Below are positions 1 to 10,609 of a stretch of DNA of 64,000 bases, in pieces. Made by a program: the position numbers and the translations under genes. The notes under the pieces were generated by a model. That model saw only the letters and a program-made list of their open reading frames with translations. It did no database searches and had not been told where the DNA came from. The stretch's first letter is position 1. Each line of letters opens with the position of its first letter. The DNA is taken from positions 166,718,001 to 166,782,000 of the forward strand of contig OZ024742.1 in NCBI GenBank assembly GCA_964016885.1, read 5' to 3'. The stretch comes from Eledone cirrhosa. Lineage: Eukaryota.

Positions 1-2153
1 GTAAAAAAAATCAGGGGGAGATAATTTGTAAAAAAAATCAGGGGGAGATAATTTGTAAAAAAATCAGGGGGAGATAATTTGTAAAAAAAAAATCAGGGGG
101 AGATAATTTGTAAAAAAAATCAGGGGGAGATGATTTGTAAAAAAAAATCAGGGGTAGATAATTTGTAAAAAAAAATCAGGGGGAGATAATTTGTAAAAAA
201 AAATCAGGGGGAGATAATTTGTAAAAAAAATCAAGGGGAGATAATTTCCAGCCGTCGAAGGGAAGATAATTTCCAGCCCTCCAAGGGGCTATAATTTCCA
301 GCATCCAAGGGGAGATAATTTCCAGCCGTCCAAGGGGAGATAATTTCCAGCCGTCCAAGGGTAGATAATATCCAGTCGTCCAAGTAGACATTTTCCAGCC
401 GTCCAAGGAGAGGTAATTTATAGCCGTCCAAGGGGAGATAAATTCCAGCCTCCAAGGGGAGATAATTTCCAGCCAGCCAAGGGGAGATAATTTGTAAAAA
501 AATCAGAGGGAGATAATTTGTAAAAAAAATCAGGGGGAGATAATTTGTAAAAAAAAATCAGGGGGAGATAATTTGTAAAAAAAATCAGGGGGAGATAATT
601 TGTAAAAAAAATCAGGGGGAGATAATTTGTAAAAAAAATCAAGGGGAGATAATTTCCAGCCGTCCAAGGGGAGATAATTTTCAGCCGTCCAAGGGGAGAT
701 AATTTCCAGCCGTCCAAGGGGAGATAATTTCCATCCTTCCAAGGGGAGATAATTTCCAGCCGTCCAAGGGGAGATAATTTTCAGCCGTCCAAGGGGAGAT
801 AATTTCCCGCCAGCCAAGGGAAGATAATATTTTAAAAAATCAGGCGGAGATAATTTGTAAAAAAAATCAGGGGGAGATAATTTGTAAAAAAATCAGGGGG
901 AGATAATTTGTAAAAAAAAAATCAGGGGGAGATCATTTGTAAAAAAAATCAGGGGGAGATAATTTGTAAAAAAAAATCAGGGGTAGATAATTTGTAAAAA
1001 AAAATCAGGGGGAGATAATTTGTAAAAAAAAAATCAGGGGGAGATAATTTGTAAAAAAAATCAAGGGGAGATAATTTCCAGCCGTCCAAGGAGAGATAAT
1101 TTTAAAAAAAAATCAGGCGGAGATAATTTGTAAAAAAAAATCAAGGGGAGATAATTTGTAAAAAAAATCAAGGGGAGATAATTTCCAGCCGTCCAAGGGA
1201 AGATAATTTCCAGCACTCCAAGGGGCTATAATTTCCAGTGTCCAAGGGGAGATAATTTCCAGCCAGCGAAGGGGAGATAATTTTTTTAAAAAAATCAGGG
1301 GGAGATATGTAAAAAAAATCAGAGGGAGATAATTTCTAAAAAAAATCAAAGGGAGATAATTTCCAGCCGTCCAAAGAGAGATAATTTCTAGCCGTCCAAG
1401 GGGAGATAATTTCCAGCCAAGGGGAGATAATTTCCAGCCGTCCAAGGGGAGATAATTATTTAAAAAATCAGGTGGAGATAATTTGTAAAAAAAATCAGGG
1501 GGAGATAATTTGTAAAAACAAAATCAAGGGCAGATAATTTCCAGCTGTCCAAGGGGAGATAATTTCCAGCCGTGCAAGGGGAGATAATTTCCAGCCGTCC
1601 AAGGGGAGATAATTTCCATCCTTCCAAGGGGAGATAATGTCCAGCCGTCCAAGGGGAGATAATTTCCCGCCAGCCAAGGGAAGATAATTTTTAAAAAAAT
1701 CAGGCGGAGATTGTAAAAAAAATCAGGGGGAGATAATTTGTAAAAAAAAAATCAGGGGGAGATAATTTGTAAAAAAAATCAGGGGTAGATAATTTGTAAA
1801 AAAAAATCAGGGGGAGATAATTTGTAAAAAAAAATCAGGGGGAGATAATTTCTAAAAAAATCAAGGGGAGATAATATGCAGCCGTCCAAGGGGAGATAAT
1901 TTTCAGCCGTCCAAGGAGAGGTAATTTCTAGCCGTCCAAGGGGAGATAATTTCCAGCCGTCCAAGGGGAGATAATTTCCAGCCGTCCAAGGGGAGATAGT
2001 TTTTTTAAAAAAATCAGGCGGAGATAATTTGTAAAAAAAAAATCAGGGGGAGATAATTTGTAAAAAAAAATCAGGGGGAGATAATTTGTAAAAAAAAATC
2101 AGGGGGAGATAATTTGTAAAAAAAATCAGGGGGAGATAATTAGTAAAAAAAAT

Positions 2154-2379
2154 CAAGGGGAGATAATTTCCAGCCGTCCAAGGGGAGGTAATATCTAGCC
2201 GTCCAAGGGGAGATAATTTCCAGCCGTCCAAGGGGAGATAATTTCCAGCCGTCCAAGGGTAGATAATATCCAGCCGTCCAAGTAGACATATTTTCCAGCC
2301 GTCCAAGGAGAGGTAATTTCTAGCCGTCCAAGGGGAGATGAATTCCAGCCTCCAAGGGGAGATAATTTCCAGCCAGCCA
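2154..2379 (+). repeat. Representative type-A block: nine ~25-bp monomers, consensus CAAGGGGAGATAATTTCCAGCCGTC
   Basis: Read directly from the sequence: canonical and variant A monomers in tandem. The consensus has 13/25 G+C and one CpG. Confidence 0.95.
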
Positions 2380-2624
2380 AGGGGAGATAATTTGTAAAAA
2401 AATCAGGGGGAGATAATTTGTAAAAAAAATCAGGGGGAGATAATTTGTAAAAAAAATCAGGGGGAGATAATTTGTAAAAAAAAATCAGGGGGAGATAATT
2501 TGTAAAAAAAATCAGGGGGAGATAATTTGTAAAAAAAAATCAGGGGGAGATAATTTGTAAAAAAAAATCAGGGGGAGATAATTTGTAAAAAAAAATCAGG
2601 GGGAGATAATTTGTAAAAAAAATC
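2380..2624 (+). repeat. Representative type-B block: nine 26-28-bp monomers, consensus CAGGGGGAGATAATTTGTAAAAAAAAT
   Basis: Read directly from the sequence: the units differ almost only in A-tract length (7-9 here, up to 10 elsewhere). The consensus has 8/27 G+C and no CpG. Confidence 0.95.
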
Positions 2625-5600
2625 AAGGGAGATAATTTGCAGCCGTCCAAGGAGAGATAATTTTCAGCCGTCCAAGGAGAGGTAATTTCTAGCTGTCCAA
2701 GGTGAGATAATATCCAGCCGTCCAAGGGGAGATAATTTCCAGCCGTCCAAGGGGAGATAATTTTAAAATAAAAACAGGCGAAGATAATTTGTAAAAAAAA
2801 AATCAGGGGGAGATAATTTGTAAAAAAAAATCAGGGGGAGATAATTTGTAAAAAAAATCAGGGGGAGGTAATTTGTAAAAAAAATCAAGGGGAGATAATT
2901 TCCAGCCGTCCAAGGGAAGATAATTTCCAGCCCTCCAAGGGGCTATAATTTCCAGCGTCCAAGGGGAGATAATTTCCAGCCAGCGAAGGGGAGATAATTT
3001 TTTTTTTTTTAAATCAGGGGGACATAATTTGTAAAAAAAATCAGGGGGAGATAATTTGTAAAAAAAATCAAGGGGAGATAATTTGTAAAAAAAAATCAGG
3101 GGGAGATAATTTGTAAAAAAAAATCAGGGGGAGATAATTTGTAAAAAAAATCAAGGGGAGATAATTTGTAAAAAAAAATCAAGGGGAGATAATTTCCAGC
3201 CGTCCAAGGGGAGATAATTTTCAGCCGTCCAAGGGGAGATAATTTCCCGCCAGCCAATGAAAGATAATATTTAAAAAAATCAGGCGGAGATAATTTGTAA
3301 AAAAAATCAGGGGGAGATAATTTGTAAAAAAATCAGGGGGAGATAATTTGTAAAAAAAAAATCAGGGGGAGATAATTTGTAAAAAAAATCAGGGGGAGAT
3401 AATTTGTAAAAAAAAATCAGGGGGAGATAATTTGTAAAAAAAATCAGGGGGAGATAATTTGTAAAAAAAATCAATTGGAGATAATTTCCAGCCGTCCAAG
3501 GGGAGATAATTTTCAGCCGTCCAATGAGAGGTAATTTCTAGACGTCCAAGGGGAGATAATTTCCAGCCGTCCAAGGGTAGATAATATCCAGCCGTCCAAG
3601 GAGACATATTTTCCAGCTTTCCAAGGAGAGGTAATTTCTAGCCGTCCAAGGGGAGATAAATTCCAGCCTCCAAGGGGAGATAATTTCCAGCCAGCCAAGG
3701 GGAGATAATTTGTAAAAAAATCAGGGGGAGATAATTTGTAAAAAAAATCAGGGGGAGATAATTTGTAAAAAAAATCAGGGGGAGATAATTTGTAAAAAAC
3801 ATCAAGGGGAGATAATTTCCAGCCGTCCAAGGGGAGATAATTTTCAGCCGTCCAAGGGGAGATAATTTCCCGCCAGCCAAGGGAAGATAATATTTAAAAA
3901 ATGAGGCGGAGATAATTTGTAAAAAAAATCAGGGGGAGATAATTTGTAAAAAAATCAGGGGGAGATAATTTGTAAAAAAAAATCAGGGGGAGATAATTTG
4001 TAAAAAAAATCAGGGGGAGATAATTTGTAAAAAAAAATCAGGGGTAGATAATTTGTAAAAAAAAATCAGGGGGAGATAATTTGTAAAAAAAATCAGGGGG
4101 AGATAATTTGTAAAAAAAATCAAGGGGAGATAATTTCCAGCCGTCCAAGGGAAGATAATTTCAAGCCCTCCAAGGGGCTATAATTTCCAGTGTCCAAGGG
4201 GAGATAATTTCCAGCCAGCGAAGGGGAGATAATTTTTTTTTAAAAATCAGGGGGAGATTTGTAAAAAAAATCAGGGGGAGATAATTTGTAAAAAAAATCA
4301 AAGGGAAATAATTTCCAGCCGTCCAAAGAGAGATAATTTCTAGCCGTCCAAGGGGAGATAATTTCGAGCCAAGGGGAGATAATTTCCAGCCGTCCAAGGG
4401 GAGATAATTTTTTAAAAAATCAGGTGGAGATAATTTGTAAAAAAAATCAGGGGGAGATAATTTGTAAAAACAAAATCAAGGGCAGATAATTTCCAGCTGT
4501 CCAAGGGGAGATAATTTCCAGCCGTGCAAGGGGAGATAATTTCCAGCCGTCCAAGGGGAGATAATTTCCATCCTTCCAAGGGGAGATAATTTCCAGCCGT
4601 CCAAGGGGAGATAATTTCCCGCCAGCCAAGGGAAGATAATTTTTTAAAAAATCAGGCGGAGATTGTAAAAAAAATCAGGGGGAGATAATTTGTAAAAAAA
4701 TCAGGGGGAGATAATTTGTAAAAAAATCAAGGGGAGATAATTTCCAGCTGTCCAAGGGGAGGTAATATCTAGCCGTCCAAGGGGAGATAATTTCCAGCCG
4801 TCCAAGGGGAGATAATTTCCAGCCGTCCAAGGGTAGATAATATCCAGCCGTCCAAGGAGACATATTTTCCAGCCCTCCAAGGAGAGGTAATTTCTAGCCG
4901 TCCAAGTGGAGATAAATTCCAGCCTCCAAGGGGAGATAATTTCCAGCCAGCCAAGGGGAGATAATTTGTAAAAAAATCAGGGGGAGATAATTTGTAAAAA
5001 AAATCAGGGGGAGATAATTTGTAAAAAAAAATCAGGGGGAGATAATTTGTAAAAAAAATCAGGGGGAGATAATTTGTAAAAAAAATCAAGGGGAGATAAT
5101 TTCCAGCCGTCCAAGGGGAGATAATTTTCAGCCGTCCAAGGGGAGATAATTTCCCGCCAGCCAAGGGAAGATAATATTTAAAAAATGAGGCGGAGATAAT
5201 TTGTAAAAAAAATCAGGGGGAGATAATTTGTAAAAAAATCAGGGGGAGATAATTTGTAAAAAAAAATCAGGGGGAGATAATTTGTAAAAAAAATTAGGGG
5301 GAGATAATTTGTAAAAAAAAATCAGGGGTAGATAATTTGTAAAAAAAAATCAGGGGGAGATAATTTGTAAAAAAAATCAGGGGGAGATAATTTGTAAAAA
5401 AAATCAAGGGGAGATAATTTCCAGCCGTCCAAGGAGAGATAATTTTAAAAAAAAATCAGGCGGAGATAATTTGTAAAAAAAAATCAGGGGGAGATAATTT
5501 GTAAAAAAAAATCAGGGGGAGATAATTTGTAAAAAAAATCAAGGGGAGATAATTTCCAGCCGTCCAAGGGGAGATAATTTTCAGCCGTCCAAGGGGAGAT

Positions 5601-8600
5601 AATTTCCAGCCGTCCAAGGGGAGATAATTTAAAAAAAAAAATCAGGCGGAGATAATTTGTAAAAAAAATCAAGGGGAGATAATTTGCAACCGTCCAAGGG
5701 GACATAATTTTCAGTCGTCCAAGGAGAGGTAATTTCTAGCCGTCCAAGGGGAGATAATTTCCAGCCGTCCAAGGGGAGATAATTTCCAGCCGTCCAAGGG
5801 GAGATAATTTTTTTTTAAAAATCAGGCGGAGATAATTTGTAAAAAAAAAATCAGGGGGAGATAATTTGTAAAAAAAAATCAGGGGGAGATAATTTGTAAA
5901 AAAAAATCAGGGGGAGATAATTTGTAAAAAAAATCAAGGGGAGATAATTTCCAGCCGTCCAAGGGAAGATAATTTCCAGCCCTCCAAGGGGCTATAATTT
6001 CCAGCGTCCAAGGGGAGATAATTTCCAGCCAGCGAAGGGGAGATAATTGTTTTAAAAAAATCATTGGGAGATTTGTAAAAAAAATCAGGGGGAGATAATT
6101 AATAAAAAAAATCAAGGGGAGATAATTCCAGCCGTCCAAGGGGAGGTAATATCTAGCCGTCCAAGGGGAGATAATTTCCAGCCGTCCAAGGGGAGATAAT
6201 TTCCAGCCGTCCAAGGGTAGATAATATCCAGCCGTCCAAGGAGACATATTTTCCAGCCGTCCAAGGAGAGGTAATTTCTAGCCGTCCAAGGGGAGATAAA
6301 TTCCAGCCTCCAAGGGGAGATAATTTCCAGCCAGCCAAGGGGAGATAATTTGTAAAAAAAATCAGGGGGAGATAATTTGTAAAAAAAGTCAGGGGTAGAT
6401 AATTTGTAAAAAAAAATCAGGGGGAGATAATTTGTAAAAAAAAATCAGGGGGAGATAATTTGTAAAAAAGATCAAGGGGAGATAATTTCCAGCCGTCCAA
6501 GGAGAGATAATTTTTAAAAAAAAATCAGGCGGAGATAATTTGTAAAAAAAAATCAGGGGGAGATAATTTGTAAAAAAAAATAAGGGGGAGATAATTTGTA
6601 AAAAAAATCAAGGGGAGATAATTTCCAGCCGTCCAAGGGGAGATAATTTCCAGCCGTCCAAGGGGAGATAAATTTTTTAAAAAAATCAGGCGGAGATAAT
6701 TTGTAAAAAAAATCAGGGGGAGATAATTTGTAAAAAAAAATCAGGGGGAGATAATTTGTAAAAAAAATCAGGGGGAGATAATTTCCAGCCGTCCAAGGTA
6801 AGATAATTTCCAGCCCTCCAAGGGGCTATAATTTCCAGCATCCAAGGGGAGATAATTTCCAGCCGTCCAAGGGTAGATAATATCCAGCCGTCCAAGTAGA
6901 CATATTTTCCAGCCGTCCAAGGAGAGGTAATTTCTAGCCGTCCAAGGGGAGATAAATTCCAGCCTCCAAGGGGAGATAATTTCCAGCCAGCCAAGGGGAG
7001 ATAATTTGTAAAAAAATCAGGGGGAGATAATTTGTAAAAAAAATCAGGGAGATAATTTGTAAAAAAAAATCAGGGGGAGATAATTTGTAAAAAAAAATCA
7101 GCGGGAGATAATTTCCAGCCGTCCAAGGGGAGATAATTTTCAGCCGTCCAAGGGTAGATAATATCCAGCCGTCCAAGTAGACATTTTCCAGCCGTCCAAG
7201 GAGAGGTAATTTCTAGCCGTCCAAGGGGAGATAAATTCCAGCCTCCAAGGGGAGATAATTTCCAGCCAGCCAAGGGGAGATAATTTGTAAAAAAATCAGG
7301 GGGAGATAATTTGTAAAAAAAATCAGGGGGAGATAATTTGTAAAAAAAAATCAGGGGGAGATAATTTGTAAAAAAAAAATCAGGGGGAGATAATTTGTAA
7401 AAAAAAATCAGGGGGAGATAATTTGTAAAAAAAATCAAGGGGAGATAATTTCCAGCCGTCCAAGGGGAGATAATTTTCAGCCGTCCAAGGGGAGATAATT
7501 TCCAGACGTCCAAGGGGAGATAATTTCCATCCTTCCAAGGGGAGATAATTTCCAGCCTTCCAAGGGGAGATAATTTTCAGCCGTCCAAGGGGAGATAATT
7601 TCCCGCCAGCCAAGGGAAGATAATATTTTAAAAAATCAGGCGGAGATAATTTGTAAAAAAATCAGGGGGAGATAATTTGTAAAAAAAAAATCAGGGGGAG
7701 ATAATTTGTAAAAAAAATCAGGGGGAGATAATTTGTAAAAAAAAATCAGGGGTAGATAATTTGTAAAAAAAAATCAGGGGGAGATAATTTGTAAAAAAAA
7801 AATCAGGGGGAGATAATTTGTAAAAAAAATCAAGGGGAGATAATTTCCAGCCGTCCAAGGAGAGATAATTTTTAAAAAAAATCAGGCGGAGATAATTTGT
7901 AAAAAAAAATCAAGGGGAGATAATTTGTAAAAAAAAATCAGGGGGAGATAATTTGTAAAAAAATCAAGGGGAGATAATTTCCAGCCGTCCAAGGGAAGAT
8001 AATTTCCAGCACTCCAAGGGGCTATAATTTCCAGTGTCCAAGGGGAGATAATTTCCAGCCAGCGAAGGGGAGATAATTTTTTTAAAAAAATCAGGGGGAG
8101 ATATGTAAAAAAAATCAGAGGGAGATAATTTCTAAAAAAAATCAAAGGGAGATAATTTCCAGCCGTCCAAAGAGAGATAATTTCTAGCCGTCCAAGGGGA
8201 GATAATTTCCAGCCAAGGGGAGATAATTTCCAGCCGTCCAAGGGAAGATAATTATTTAAAAAATCAGGTGGAGATAATTTGTAAAAAAAATCAGGGGGAG
8301 ATAATTTGTAAAAACAAAATCAAGGGCAGATAATTTCCAGCTGTCCAAGGGGAGATAATTTCCAGCCGTGCAAGGGGAGATAATTTCCAGCCGTCCAAGG
8401 GGAGATAATTTCCATCCTTCCAAGGGGAGATAATCTCCAGCCGTCCAAGGGGAGATAATTTCCCGCCAGCCAAGGGAAGATAATTTTTAAAAAAATCAGG
8501 CGGAGATTGTAAAAAAAATCAGGGGGAGATAATTTGTAAAAAAATCAGGGGGATAATTTGTAAAAAAAAAATCAGGGGAGATAATTTGTAAAAAAAAATC

Positions 8601-10609
8601 AGGGGGAGATAATTTGTAAAAAAAAAATCAGGGGGAGATAATTTGTAAAAAAAATCAGGGGTAGATAATTTGTAAAAAAAATCAGGGGGAGATAATTTGT
8701 AAAAAAAAATCAGTGGGAGATAATTTGTAAAAAAATCAAGGGGAGATAATATGCAGCCGTCCAAGGGGAGATAACTTTCAGCCTTCCAAGGAGAGTTAAT
8801 TTCTAGCCGTCCAAGGGGAGATAATTTCCAGCCGTCCAAGGGGAGATAATTTCCAGCCGTCCAAGGGGAGATAGTTTTTTTAAAAAAATCAGGCGGAGAT
8901 AATTTGTAAAAAAAAAATCAGGGGGAGATAATTTGTAAAAAAAAATCAGGGGGAGATAATTTGTAAAAAAAAATCAAGGGGAGATAATTTGTAAAAAAAA
9001 TCAGGGGGAGATAATTAGTAAAAAAATCAAGGGGAGATAATTTCCAGCCGTCCAAGGGGAGGTAATATCTAGCCGTCCAAGGGGAGATAATTTCCAGCCG
9101 TCCAAGGGGAGATAATTTCCAGCCGTCCAAGGGTAGATAATATCCAGCCGTCCAAGTAGACATATTTTCCAGCCGTCCAAGGAGAGGTAATTTCTAGCCG
9201 TCCAAGGGGAGATAAATTCCAGCCTCCAAGGGGAGATAATTTCCAGCCAGCCAAGGGGAGATAATTTTTAAAAAAATCAGGGGGAGATCATTTGTAAAAA
9301 AAATCAGGGGGAGATAATTTGTAAAAAAAAATCAGGGGGAGATAATTTGTAAAAAAAAATCAGGGGGAGATAATTTGTAAAAAAAAATCAGGGGGAGATA
9401 ATTTGTAAAAAAAATCAAGGGGAGATAATTTCCAGCCGTCCAAGGGGAGATAATTTCCAGCCGTCCAAGGGGAGGTAATATCTAGCCGTCCAAGGGGAGA
9501 TAATTTCCAGCCGTCCAAGAGGAGATAATTTCCAGCCGTCCAAGGGAAGATAATTTCAAGCCCTCCAAGGGGCTATAATTTCCAGTGTCCAAGGGGAGAT
9601 AATTTCCAGCCAGCGAAGGGGAGATAATTTTTTTTTAAAAATCAGGGGGAGATTTGTAAAAAAAATCAGGGGGAGATAATATGTAAAAAAAATCAAGGGG
9701 AGATAATTTCCAGCCGTCGAAGGGAAGATAATTTCCAGCCCTCCAAGGGGCTATAATTTCCAGCGTCCAAGGGGAGATAATTTCCAGCCAGCGAAGGGGA
9801 GATAATTTTTTTAAAAAAATCATTGGGAGATTTGTAAAAAAAATCAGGGAGAGATAATTTGTAAAAAAAATCAAGGGGAGATAATTTCCAGCCGTCCAAG
9901 GGGAGGTAATATCTAGCCGTCCAAGGGGAGATAATTTCCAGCCGTCAAAGGGGAGATAATTTCCAGCCGTCCAAGGGTAGATAATATCCAGCCGTCCAAG
10001 TAGACATTTTCCAGCCGTCCAAGGAGAGGTAATTTCTAGCCGTCCAAGGGGAGATAAATTCCAGCCTCCAAGGGGAGATAATTTCCAGCCAGCCAAGGGG
10101 AGATAATTTGTAAAAAAATCAGGGGGAGATAATTTGTAAAAAAAATCAGGGGGAGATAATTTGTAAAAAAAATCAGGGGGAGATAATTTGTAAAAAAAAA
10201 TCAGGGGGAGATAATTTGTAAAAAAAATCAAGGGGAGATAATTTGCAGCCGTCCAAGGGGAGATAATTTTCAGCCGTCCAAGGAGAGGTAATTTCTAGCC
10301 GTCCAAGGTGAGATAATATCCAGCCGTCCAAGGGGAGATAATTTCCAGCCGTACAAGGGGAGATAATTTTAAAAAAAAAACAGGCGAAGATAATTTGTAA
10401 AAAAAAAATCAGGGGGAGATAATTTGTAAAAAAAAATCAGGGGGAGATAATTTGTAAAAAAAAATCAGGGGGAGATAATTTGTAAAAAAAATCAAGGGGA
10501 GATAATTTCCAGCCGTCCAAGGGGAGATAATTTCCAGCCGTCCAAGGGGAGATAATTTTTTTAAAAAAATCAGGCGGAGATAATTTGTAAAAAAAATCAG
10601 GGGGAGGTA

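Noticed and set aside
1255-1300. TnAm tracts with nearby GC-rich sequence as intrinsic terminators
   Set aside because: No GC-rich stem-loop precedes the T run and there is no transcription unit. They are junction variants of monomer B.
9635-10231. Longest ORF (198 aa; paralogues at 19129, 21887, 47607, 54716) as a repeat protein gene
   Set aside because: It recurs only because the DNA block is duplicated. Its length varies with A-tract indels, and it has no recognisable domain or non-repetitive termini.
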